Positions 23,881-36,258 of a DNA stretch of 64,000 nt are shown here, one piece after another. The DNA comes from Octopus sinensis (Eukaryota), in the NCBI RefSeq assembly GCF_006345805.1, contig NC_043026.1:13123579-13187578 (forward strand), written 5' to 3'. The position numbers and the translations under genes were made by a program. The stretch's first letter is position 1. Each line of letters opens with the position of its first letter. The notes under the pieces are model-generated. The model was given only the letters and a program-made list of their open reading frames with translations. It made no database searches and had not been told where the DNA came from.

Positions 23881-25439
23881 TGTGTTTGTATGAAATCTTC
23901 GTAGTTTTCTAGTCGAATTCTCCTGGGAGGGATTTGGAGATCTTTGCCGAAATTAATCGAATGAATTTTAAAAAAGGTGTATTTAGGGCGAAGAAACAAT
24001 ATTTCAGCTTTTATTTCTTCCATATCCACATTTCCAGTGAGGGATTCATATTTTGCTTCCACATTTCTTCTACGTTCGTACTTTACTTCTACGCAGGCGC
24101 AAAGCAACACATCCAATCCGTCTAACAAAAGGAGTTTTTCTACTTTTGGAAAGAAGGAAATTATATGAGAAGCAACTTAGGGTCTTTTTTCTGGAAGTTT
24201 GAAACTAAAAGAATAAATCTTCCGGATTCTATCTCCGTGTCTGTAGACGTAGTTTAAACAAAACCCCTCTTTCAAAAATTGTAAAATAAAAAAACTTTTG
24301 GGTGGGAAGGAAGAAATTTTTATTTTGGAAAATTTCTTTTTGTCTTTTTTTTTGGCAAAATCGTAATCTTCCATAACTAAAACATCGGAAAGAGTAAGAA
24401 ATAAATGAAAAGGAATATGGATTTGGGGTTAGGGTAAAACCGCCGAAATTTGAAACAGAAAGGATTTCATAAAAACATATCCGGAGGCTGAACTCATAAG
24501 TAAGATGGTTAAACGTTCAGATGCGAGGTGTCCGAAAAAGATAAAATGCCTTTCCTTCAGTTGTCGGCAATTTCCGTAACGAACTACTTACGGAAATTGT
24601 CGAGCAATTAGACGCAAGGAAAGGACAAGATTGAACCCATAATGGAAACATTGCGCTGCAGGCAAAGAAATTTACAGAAGTTTTCATTCACACTTTACAT
24701 ATCTAAATAAATTAAGAACTAACGAAAAAGCTGATACATTTTGATATTTCATTGGCAATTCAGAGACTTCCACATTTATAAGAGAAATTTTATTAGGAGA
24801 TTATCCACAAGAATTTAACAAGAATAGCAGAATAATTGAAAAAAATATTACGCAATGGTGATGAGATAGTTTAATGCAGTGAGAGAAGAAAGATAAAAAA
24901 TTTCTCTTTGGCAGAGAAACTGTTACGAATCCAGCGATATAGGAAAATACATGAATAAAATAGCCTAGATATTAATATTGTTCATATTTAGTTGTATATA
25001 AAAACAATGTTGGTTCAATTTTCAGAATGTAGGATTATTTTGTAATTAGAATGGACCTATAAGTCACTGGTGTTCTTTAGTAAAATTTACGGGAGGAAAT
25101 AGTTTTAGTGAAGCAGCACCTTAAAATGTTAGGGGATATTTATTTAACGAAAATCAATATGTAGGTTATATTATTCCTGTGCTCTCATACATCGCTGGAT
25201 TAGTAAAACATTGTCTGCGAAACAGAGATTGTTTTACTTTGTTTTCTCACTGCATTGTACTTTCTGGGCATCATTGCGTAACGTTTCTTCAATTCTTTGG
25301 GTATTTGTTTCACTCCGGAGGATAATCTCTGGAGGATAATCTCTGAAATGACAACGAAATAATACCATGTATTAGCTTTTACGTCTGTCCTTCGTGTATC
25401 GCGGAATTGCACAAATAAAGCAATCAAAAACGATTTCAA

Positions 25440-25930
25440 GATTATCTTGCTCAAATTCTTTCATCAAACGGAGATGTTCAAAGGGCTTGAGAAAATCGTG
25501 ATTTCAAGATGATGACCTCAGATTTTATACAGATTCAGAAGTCAAACATTTGTTCGACTGTTACATCTGTATAAAAGCTGAGGTCCTCTTTTTAAATCCT
25601 CGTCTTTGATGAAAGAATTTGAGGAAGATCATCCTGTTATCATTATTGATTGCTTTATTTGTGCAATTCTGTATCATGGGGCAGAAAACGATGTTATATA
25701 TGGATACGACGATGAAGTGAAGCTAGATGCGTTGCTTTCTTGCCCGGGACTCGATTGCTGTCCATCATTATAGGGAATAATTAAATTAATCTTTAGTCAA
25801 GCTGGTCGTGAGATTAAGAAATCGATGCTGGTAGATCCGGATTAAAACTATCTTGCCTCTTTTGAATTCCAATTCAAAATATAATGGCTGTAAGCGAATG
25901 CCTCAGATTATATCAACCTTGCTCAAAAAC
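25440..25930 (+). pseudogene. Caspase pseudogene (right-arm copy)
   Basis: IDCFICAILYHG (CAT GGG 25,675-80), TAG at 25,771, QAGRE at 25,798, MPQIISTLLK at about 25,898. Same lesions as the left copy. Confidence 0.8.
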
Positions 25931-26132
25931 CAAAATTTTGAGAGAGGAAGTAAATATTTCTGGTGTGGGACCCTTAAATAGATATGGAACTTCTTACGGT
26001 GAGAATTTCTGACGCATCTGCATATTGTACGAAAAGAATATGGTTTAGAAACACACACATCCAGAGATGCAACGGAGTAGATTTTAAAACCTCATGTATA
26101 TACATGTATATATATATATATATGTATATATA

Positions 26133-26212
<80 letters not shown>

Positions 26213-26214
26213 AC

Positions 26215-26285
<71 letters not shown>

Positions 26286-27739
26286 TAGATATAGATATAT
26301 ATATAATAAACCTTTACATAAATAAATAACGTGAAATACACGAAGGGACGAACATAAGAGACAGACGGGTCATTCAAAGCCTTCGTTCTTCAGTCAGAAA
26401 CCGATTCCTCATCGCAGATTTCGATACATATATATATACATATATATATATACATATATATAACATGACTATTTCCACAGGTAACACCAACAGCATAAAT
26501 GATAAATAGATAAATGTAATATTTTCAGCTAAATAATTGCTAAAATGATCATGAACGTGATACTTAACTAAAAGTATTTCTCAGCATGAATTTTTATTAA
26601 GAACACCTGTGCCTTTATTAAGAACACCTGTGCCTTATAGTTAAATTCTAAATTTCAAAAGGATCTGGTGTGTGTGTTTGTGTGTGTGTGTGTATGTGCG
26701 TGTGTCTATCTGTGTACGATTGCGCACGCGCCCTCCATTCTATTCCACCTTTCACCCACCTCACTGATTTCGAAGCAAATGTCACCTTCAACACGACATG
26801 AAACGAGAAAGTAAATATATAAAACTTCGTGACGGAAATTACCGAAGATTTAGACCCTCAACGAAACATTGCCGAATTTTTAAATTCCAAATACTGAAAG
26901 AAAGACTCTTTACGGATATTTTGCACCGTGCATCTGACCGTTTAACCCTCTTACCTATGAGGGCAGCCTTCAGATATATTTTCGTGTGACCCTTTTTTGA
27001 TTCAAATATCGGCGCAATTCGGTTGTACCCCTATCTCAACTCTCTCTATTTTTCAAAAATTCTCAGGCATTCCTATTTTTTGTTATCGAGGATTATGATT
27101 TGGGGTAACAGTTTTTTATTTTACTTTTTGCTTAATCAACGGAGATTTCGAATGTGAAAGATAGATTTTTTCAATTTTAAACTTTCAGAAAGAAAGATCC
27201 AATGTCATTCCTCCTACATTTTTCTTCTTACAAAAACTAAGAAATTCCGAATGTTGTACATATTGAACATGTGTCTTTGCGCCCGCGTAGATTTCGCCCG
27301 AACAGAAGATGAAAAATATGGACCCCTCAAAGAAAATTCAACATGCTAGAAATAACAGCTAAATGAGGGGAAAATCGTTTTTCTGCGGCATAACCACATG
27401 TTACTTTTAAGTCATTGGATTAATCCCAGCAAAATACTCCAAGTTTAATCCCTGGCCAGACCCATCCCAGCACGATCCCACTTAAGAAAACCAAACAGGT
27501 TTCACACAACACACAACCAAGCACGCACACACACACACACACTTCCACACACAACACATACACACATGTACGATCGCGTTTATCATGCAATTGACCGTCA
27601 TTTTTACAGGAAAGTAAATTGTCCTTGGAAAATGAAACTGTTTTGAAATACAAAGCTAAGTGGCACTAAAGAAATGCTGAAATGTCATACGTACAATATA
27701 TGATGTCATTGTCGTCTGCGTCATCGCCGTGGACGACGC

Positions 27740-29095
27740 CATCTTAGAAAGCATTTAGTGCTGTTTATCAATGTTTTCCGGGGAGTTGATTTACACGAGA
27801 GCCCTCAGAAGATAGGAAGGCTGCAACAGGTTCCAGACTGGATGCTAGACACAGCCGAGGCGTTCGTAATGGAAAGTGTAGAACTGGGGTCCAATATATT
27901 TACAGACGAGTGATCCAGTTACCACAATTTCCAAACACTTGTCTTTATTGACGCCATTGTGAAATACTCTCGTACCTTTATAAACCCACGGAGTGGTGTA
28001 TGTAGAAATCTTGTGGACCCGTATGGGACACGAATAAAAATGAGATAAAAGCGAAAGTTGAGATTGAGCGGGGATTTGAGATGATTGCATGGAGATGAGG
28101 CCATTACTGGCGAGCTGTTGACGAAGATCATTCTCAACCGGCTGAAAAGACATCTCAGAGCAGGTCTTACCAGAGAATCAATGTGGCACCGGGTGAGGGA
28201 GATGAACGATGGACACAATCTTCACACAGACACAGTTATGGGAGAAATACTTTAGTAAGTGCTGGAGAAGGTTGTTGACATCGCGGGGATGGAAGGACTC
28301 GCCTTGGTTGGCGGAGATTTAGGGAATCGTTTGCAGTCAACCACGGTGAGAAGTAGTGGTGCGTGTTATCCAAGCTTTCTTGTATGTTTGCGTCCAGATG
28401 TGTTGCACCATGATGGTCAACTAGCAAAAGGGCGATTTCAACCGTACTAGAATAGATGGGAAGCCCTTCAGCCTGGCTCAACTTCGTACTTACACCAAAA
28501 TCAGGGAAATGCGTTCAGGGTGCTGCCCTCGGCAGACAATTCAGTGTTCTACCAGATTCCACCAAGTTGCCATATTATATCGAGGGCTCCAGAGCATTTG
28601 AGGTAGACTGAGGGCTTTATCCCTGGACAGTGCTTTGACTTGTATTAACATTTCTGACTTGGAAGTTAAGTGGTGAATACAGTCTGCCAGAAAGGCTTTT
28701 GCCTCCTTTGAGAAGCATCTACGGAGATTCCTTGGCAGTGACCACAAAATGCAAGCGAAATTGTAAGGTGCAGTGCTCACTTGCCTCAACTATTCAACGG
28801 AATGCGTTGCTCTTGACCACCGACATATCAAAGCCCTGCCTGAGCCCTAATGTGGAGGCCCTGCGCTGCACTGTCGCGGTTAGTATGAAGGCCCTCTTCA
28901 CCTTATTGCGTCTCGGCTGGGCATGACATGTTTGCAGTAGGAAGAGTGAAAGTTTACGTAAGGCAGATTTTGTTTTATGGTAAAAGGCATCAGGGCAGGT
29001 GAAGCCGTGGTGGCCAGGGGATGAGCTGGAGATAGATGTGTAGAACTCTGGAATCTCCCTCAGGACCCTGAAAGGAGAGGGTCCCGGCGGTGCAA
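27740..29095 (+). mobile_element. Degenerate RTE-clade LINE fragment (mirror copy)
   Basis: Reverse complement of 4,665-6,030 with a small arm-specific deletion of about 30 bp near 28,605. Confidence 0.75.
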
Positions 29096-29212
29096 TTGAT
29101 GGCACCGTATTTTGAAGCTCAAAATTCCGGCCATTGAGGAGTAAAAATGCAGAAATATTTTGCGCGCGGTCGTGTCTATGTGTGTGTGTGTGTGTGTGTG
29201 GTTTGTTTGTAA

Positions 29213-29245
<33 letters not shown>

Positions 29246-29512
29246 TAAGTGTGTAAGTGTGTGTGTGGTGTGTGTGTATGTGTGTGTGTAACATTGTGTA
29301 TGTGCCCGAGCGTGTTCTGTTTTATGTATTTGTATTCACAACACACACACACACACACCATACACCACACACACACACACACATTCACAGCCATTTCTCG
29401 CACATACACCTAAATACATTCATGCATTCTGCGAGGGAGGGTTTCAATATTCAACTCATCCACAATAAAAGTCAGTGGTTGTATGTGTACGTGTGTGTGT
29501 ATGTGTGTGTAC

Positions 29513-29545
<33 letters not shown>

Positions 29546-29762
29546 TGTGTGTATGTATGTATGTATGTATGCATGTATGTATGTGTGTGTATGTGTGTGT
29601 GTAGTGTGTGTGTATGTGTGTGTGAGTGTGGTGGTGTATGTGTGTATGTATGTATGTAGTATGCATGTATGCATGTATGTATGTGTGTGGTGACTGTGTG
29701 TGTATGTGTATGTGTACGTGCGTGTATATGTGTGTGTGTATGTGTGTGTGTATGTGTGTGTG

Positions 29763-29802
<40 letters not shown>

Positions 29803-30185
29803 CGTGTGTGTGTGAATGGTTGCGCACGCACTCTTCGGTGTGGTTCACTTTTCCCCTCCCTCAACGATTTCTAAGCAAATGTCGCCTACAAAATGACGTA
29901 AATAAAATAAAGAAATAAAAATTTCCTTACGGAAATTGCCGAAGATTTAAACCATCAACGAAACATTGCCGAAATTTTAAATGCCAAATAAGGGAAGAAA
30001 GACATTCTATCGATATCATCGAACACCGTGCATCTGAACGTTTAACCCTCTCGCCTATGAGTTCAGCCCTCAGTTTTCGTGTAACCCTTAAGGTGTGGAG
30101 TCCTTAAGAAACGCAGATTATTACGGTGAGAATTTCTGATGCATTTGTATATTTTGAGTTGGAAGCGAGGAGTTGGATTTCGTTA

Positions 30186-30235
30186 ACGCATGCGCATTGA
30201 TAGCAATTTGAGAGGACAGAAATAATATATAATAA
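30186..30235 (+). promoter_or_regulatory. Putative caspase B proximal promoter
   Basis: ACGCATGCGCA at 30,186-30,196 and TATATAA at about 30,226. Confidence 0.5.
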
Positions 30236-30277
30236 ACGGAACCAGGTTCTGCTCATCACGTTCTTACATCGACTACC

Positions 30278-31255
30278 ATGGCAGATGGAGGTGAAAACGT
30301 TGGGACAAGCGATCAGCCCCATTCCCCAACTAAGGAAGATCTTAGTAAACGTTTCGCTAAATATGATATAAATAACAAGCGACTTGTAGCCTACATCTTC
30401 AACCACGAAAATTTCAAAAATAACCATCCTGAATCTCGTGAAGGCTCATCAAAAGATACAGAAGCTTTTATAGCGGCATTAATAAAACTTGGATTTTCTG
30501 AACGGGATGTCACAGTTTTTAAAGATAAAACAGCCGATGAAATGCTCAATGCTTTCAAAAATGTTAACGAAGTTGGAACTCGTAATCCAGTTGGTTGCTT
30601 TGTTTGTGCAATTATGAGCCATGGTAGGGAAAACGATCAGTTATGTGCATACGACCGCGATGTTGGACTGTATGATTTGCTTTCTTGCCTGACACCCGTT
30701 AAATGTCCATCTTTAAGTGGAGTACCCAAATTAATTTTTGTTCAAGCATGTCGTGGAGGAGAGATTGATGAAGGATTCTGTGTAACTGATGGCCCTGAAA
30801 CAGAAGTGAATGAAACGCTATCCAATATTCCAATTATGCCTGATCTGTTGGTTTTTCATTCCTCCTATAATAAATATTCGTCTTTCAGGAATAAACCGAA
30901 TGGTACGTGTTTTATGAAAACATTAAGTGAAGCTTTGATTGAATATGGCACTGAACGTGAACTCCTGACACTTTTAACCGCTGTCTCTTACTATGTTGCT
31001 TCTTCAGAATTCAAAACTTATCGCAATCCCGAACTGGAGAAGAAACAAATGCCTCAGATTATGTCGACATTGCTCAAACAGCTAAAGTTTGAACCGAGGA
31101 GGGAAAATGCTTCATCAAAAGCACGTACGCGAAGCAGAAGTCCACTTGAGGAAACGGATGGGAGTTCAAAGAAGCGCCCGCGCAAGCCGACATTAATACG
31201 CACAACTCCAGGAACATACAAATACACATACATAACACAGTCACATGCACAGTAA
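30278..31255 (+). CDS. Effector-type caspase, copy B, 325 aa, intronless
   Basis: SHG (30,617-30,625), QACRG (30,743-30,757), VTD/G linker. Basic tail RTRSRSP...SKKRPRKP. Confidence 0.92.
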   Translation: MADGGENVGTSDQPHSPTKEDLSKRFAKYDINNKRLVAYIFNHENFKNNHPESREGSSKDTEAFIAALIKLGFSERDVTVFKDKTADEMLNAFKNVNEVGTRNPVGCFVCAIMSHGRENDQLCAYDRDVGLYDLLSCLTPVKCPSLSGVPKLIFVQACRGGEIDEGFCVTDGPETEVNETLSNIPIMPDLLVFHSSYNKYSSFRNKPNGTCFMKTLSEALIEYGTERELLTLLTAVSYYVASSEFKTYRNPELEKKQMPQIMSTLLKQLKFEPRRENASSKARTRSRSPLEETDGSSKKRPRKPTLIRTTPGTYKYTYITQSHAQ

Positions 31256-31259
31256 TGTA

Positions 31260-31921
31260 GAAACACACCACACACACCACATGCACACATACGCACACAT
31301 ACACTCACGCACACAGACAACCACGCACACGCACACACACACACACGCACACATACGCACACACATGCACACACACACACATACGCACACACATGCACAC
31401 ACACACACATACGCACACACATGCACACATACGCACACACATGCACACATACGCACACACACACACACACACGCACACATGCACTCACACGCAGACCCAA
31501 CATACATGCACACACACACGTACACACCACACATACGCACAAACACGCACACACGCACAAACACACACACATATGCACACATACGCACACACACATACGC
31601 ACCACATGCACACACACACACATACGCACACACATGCACACACACACACACACGCAACACACACACACATAGCACACATACGCCACACACGCTCCGCAAC
31701 AACACACACACATACACATACGCACACATACGTCACACACACGCACACACACACATACACATACGCACCACACGAACACACGCACAACACACACATACGC
31801 ACACATACGCACACAACGCACACGCACACACACACACACACATACACACACGCACACACACACACACATACACACGCACACGCACAAACACACACATACG
31901 CACACATACGCACACACACGC

Positions 31922-31957
<36 letters not shown>

Positions 31958-31987
31958 ATACGGACACACACACACACACACACACAT
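31260..31987. repeat. Compound (CA)n microsatellite
   Basis: Mirror of 1,799-2,770 with a different length. Confidence 0.95.
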
Positions 31988-32346
31988 GCTAGCCCGCGTT
32001 GAACGTCGTATAAGAATGAAGGTAAATTGATCTTCGAAACATGGAATGGTTCTGCGATTCAAACCAGAAGTGACACTAAAAACATCCATTAATATCATAT
32101 ACAGAATATAAAATGCCAGAATTTTCTTTTTGTATATCAATATACAGAATATCAGATGTCGTAATCCGGAATAGATCGCTGGAACAAAACCCCCAGCGTA
32201 TGATGACATAACTGAAAGAGCTAAAGATTGAACCGTGAGAATATCTTCTTACGTGAGAATATCCTTTCGATGTGAATATTACACTAAAAGAATATATTTT
32301 TGGAACTTATGCATTTACAAGAGAAGATATTTTATGAATTCGTACA

Positions 32347-32757
32347 TACTCTTTACTCTCTTTTTACTCTTTCTCTTTACTCTTTTAGTTGTTTCAGTCA
32401 TTTTACTGCGGCCATGCTGGAGCAACCGCCTTTAGTCGAGCAAATCGACCCGGGACTTATCTTTGTAAGCCCAGTACTTATTCTATCGGTCTCTTTTGCC
32501 GAACCGCTAAGTTACGGGGACGTAAACACACCAGCATCGGTTGTTAAGCAATGCTAGGGGGACAAACACAGACACACACAAAACACACACATACATACAT
32601 ATATATATACATATATACGACAGGCTTCTTTCAGTTTTCCGTCTACCAAATCCACTCACAAGGCTTTGGTTCGGCCCGAGGCTATAGCGAAGACACTTGC
32701 CCAGATGCCACGCAGTGGGACTGAACCGGAACCATGTGGTTGGTAAACAAGCTACTT
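32347..32757 (-). mobile_element. SINE family A, right-arm specific
   Basis: Near-full-length minus-strand copy located where the left arm has about 700-1,431. Confidence 0.85.
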
Positions 32758-33064
32758 GGCTTTATTGAGAAAATTCTATAGTTTGTAAGATATTGTTTGT
32801 TTTTTTCTTCAATTTCTGCAATTTTCAACCATCAATGACGTCTATTGAGCTAAAAAAACATTCTGGCCGTATGAATATGTCCCTCCTTTAAGAAACAGAT
32901 TGGATTATTTCATTTGTGAACAAAAAAGATACCCTCCCCCTACCCCTACCCTAACCCTAAAACTAAAACGATTGAAATGTAATAGATCGATACTAGGGTC
33001 ATAATTATGGGTGACAGTTTCATATAACCCGCTAGAAAAAATGCCGTTCAAACAGAAAAGATCC
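32758..33064 (-). mobile_element. Truncated mirror of the 367-806 MITE
   Basis: Ends CAAACAGAAAAGATCC|CAGAAATA. Other end removed at the SINE junction. Confidence 0.8.
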
Positions 33065-33302
33065 CAGAAATATCATATAATAAGATGTTTCACTAACGCT
33101 ATTTCCTAACGTAAATTTCCAAGAACTCCAGTGCCTTCTAGGAACATTCTAAATTTCAATACTCTTCACACTCTGAATATTGACTAACATTCTTTTATAT
33201 ACAATATGAACAATATTAATATGCGCGCCATTTTATTTCATCGCTTTTCATATACCGCTGCATTCGTAAAATTTTCTCTGCCGAAGAGAAATTGTTTTTT
33301 TC

Positions 33303-34196
33303 GGATCTTTTCAATTCTGAACCAGTTTTTTCAAATTTTTTCCTACTGAACCAAACAATTTGAAACTTCGTATACTGGTAGAATGTGTCAAAGTAAACTT
33401 AATTGTAAACCAGATGAAAACGGAAACTGTAACTTCTAAGTTTAACGTTTTTAATATAATTAGAATTTTTAACCAATGAGATTCCCGTCATTCGGCTTTA
33501 TTTTATTTACTCCGTCTCGACCACCAATTTGGTGACGTATTAACATCTTAAATGTAAACAAGCCGCATGTCTCCGTGAAATCTCCTTCTAATTATTTAAC
33601 GTACTCATGTTTCCATGATCCTATAGTCAGCCACCTTCTAATGACATATTTAAAACTAGTTAATAAGCCACATGATTAAATTGAACTGTTTCCATTCTGT
33701 TAGTACTTGCTTTCGTTTGCTATTAAGAAGTGGCATCTCAGTGACGAGGCTTCTAACAAGATTTCGTTTCTAGCTAATGCGTTTCATTTCACTTATTGTA
33801 TTTATTTGTGCAAAAGGCAAGAAATTTAATATTAAAAAAGCAAGAGCTGGCAGAAACGTTAGCACGCCGGGAATGCGTAGCTGTATTTCGTCTGCCGTTA
33901 CGTTCTGTTGTTTGGTTTACAGTTTTCCGAACGTTAGTACGTCACAAAAGCGCTTTCTACGTCCACACTAATAGAATGCAGTCAAGTTTTACACATGAAA
34001 ACAAAAAAAACAAAATCTGATTGGTTAATTCGCAGTTTTAAATCTACGATTAAAGTCATAAAATAGATTTTTCTCAAATAAACTAGTTCCACAACCTGTG
34101 TCCTTGTTTTGCTAGACTCTATCAGCAATACGAAGTTTCAGAATATTTAAGTTAGTAGAAAGATCTGGTGTTCTGGCTTCAGAATTGAAAAGATCC
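33303..34196. mobile_element. 894-bp TIR element (GGATCTTTTC family), right-arm specific
   Basis: 19-bp TIR GGATCTTTTCAATTCTGAA. TSD GTTTTTT(T)C on both sides. Empty site GAAAAAAC at 128-135 in the left arm. Confidence 0.85.
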
Positions 34197-35327
34197 GTTT
34201 TTTCTTTCTTACTCACTGTATTATTCTATCTCAGCACAATTTCTAAATATCTTTTCCAATTTTTCTGCTAATTTTAAAATCTGGTGGATGATCTCCTTAT
34301 AAATTTTGCCTATTAAGATTAAATCTTTGAAATGCCGGCGAAAATATAATGTAGTTGCTTTTACGCTAGTTCTTAATTTCTTAAAATATTTAAATTTGAC
34401 TGAAAGCTTCTGCGATGTTCTATACCTGCAAGGCATCGTATTTTGAAGCTCAAAGTTCCGGCCATTGAGGAGTGAAGATGCAGAAATATTTTGCGCGCGG
34501 TCGTGTCTGTGTGTGTAAGTGTGTGTGTGTGTATATGTGTGTATGTGTGTGTGTATGTGTGTGTGTAACATTGTGCATGTGCCCGAGCGTGTTCTGTTTT
34601 ATGTATTTGTATTCACACACACACACACACACATACACACACACACACAAACACACACATACACACACAAACACACACACACATACACACACACACTTAC
34701 ACCACGCACAAACACACATACACACACATACACACACACACTTACACACGCACAAAACACATACACACATAACACACACAAACACACACCCATACACACA
34801 CATACACACACACAAACACCACACACAAACACACACACCACACACATACAACCAATCACACACACATACACCACAAACAGACACACATACACACAAACAC
34901 ACATACACACACCCACACACACACACACACACACCCACACATTCACAGCCATTTTCTCGCACATACACCTAAATGCATTCATGCATTCTGCGAGCGAGGG
35001 TTTCAATATTCAACTCATCCCACAAAAGTCAGTGGTTGTATGTGTGTACGTGTGTGTGTATGTAATGTCATGTATGTGTTGTGTGTATGTGTGTGTGTGT
35101 GTTGTGGTATGTGTGTGTGGTGTATGGTGTGGTGTGGTTGTGATGTGTTGTGGGTGTATGTGTGTGTGTATGTGTGTGTGTGTGATGTGTGTGTGTGTGT
35201 AAATGTGTGTGTGTATTGTGTGTTTGTGTATGTGGTGTGTGTGTAGTGTGTGTGTATGTGTGGTACGTATGTGTGTGTACGGTGTTTGTGATTGTGTGTG
35301 TGTGTACGTGTGTGTGTGTAATGTGTG

Positions 35328-35427
35328 NNNNNNNNNNNNNNNNNNNNNNNNNNNNNNNNNNNNNNNNNNNNNNNNNNNNNNNNNNNNNNNNNNNNNNNNN
35401 NNNNNNNNNNNNNNNNNNNNNNNNNNN
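35328..35427. other. Assembly gap (100 N)
   Basis: Run of N flanked by GT repeats. Confidence 1.
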
Positions 35428-35829
35428 TGTGTGTGTGTGTATGTCTGCATTTGTCCACTCATCAGCGCTTGAGAACAGGCATATTATTGTTTTGTTTTTG
35501 TTGTTTTTGGCCCTTCAAAACCATGGGAGAAGCCTTTTTGGTAAAAAAAAATAAAGAAAATATTTTTAAAATATCGTTAATATTTTTATTGGGCGACGAA
35601 ATTCATCGATTTAAGAGATATGGCTGTTATTTCTAGCACATTCCTCCTCGTTTGTTTATCAATATCGATGAGCGAGACAGACAGAAGAGAGAAGGATGAA
35701 TAACACGTGTGTGTTTGTGTGTGTGCGCGCGTGTGTGTGTGTGTGTGCGTGCGCGCGCTGTTTACGTTGTAACAGGATGTTGTCTGAGTTTTTAGACGCA
35801 GTAAATGATTTGAGCTCAAAAGAGAGCAT

Positions 35830-36258
35830 ACGATTGGTTAAAATTCGAAAAATTAAACTACGTTAAACTTACAAATTACAAATTTATCAAAAAGCCAAGT
35901 GAAAATAATGATTTCTTTTGACACATTCTACCAGTATACGAAGTTTCAAATTGTTTAGTTAACTAGAAATTGTGTTGAATTCCGTCCATCAAAAGGAAAA
36001 GATCCCAATCTGTTTCTTAAACGAGGGACATATTCATACGGCACAGAATGTTTTTTAGCTCAATAGACGTCATTGATTGGTTGAAATTGCAGAAATTGAA
36101 GAAGAAAAACAACAAATATCTTACAAACTATAGTATTTTCTCAATAAAGCCAAGAGAAAAAGATGTTTTATAAACACATTCGACCAGTATACGAAGTTTA
36201 AAAGTGTTTAGTTACTTAGAAATTATGTTAAAAACTGCCGTTCAAACCGAAAAGATCC
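35830..36258 (+). mobile_element. Two abutting right-end fragments of GGATCTTTTC-family MITEs
   Basis: ...AAAAGGAAAAGATCC (36,005) directly followed by the 3' part of the 367-type element, ending GAAAAGATCC (36,258). Confidence 0.7.

Larger units (their letters stand above)
18952..34331. repeat. Right arm of large inverted duplication
   Basis: Mirror of 1-14,378. Starts inside SINE A (TTTGACTGCGGCCATGCTGG). Carries arm-specific insertions. Confidence 0.92.

Noticed and set aside
22791-24128. 445-aa ORF with a unique N-terminus
   Set aside because: About 80% microsatellite, and the unique part is interrupted in the mirror copy (about 9,610-9,850).
1-34331. Palindrome as a single-read fold-back artefact
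   Set aside because: Unique 4.6-kb spacer, TSD-bearing arm-specific insertions and in-frame codon indels are not produced by read fold-back. Haplotype mis-joining is not excluded.
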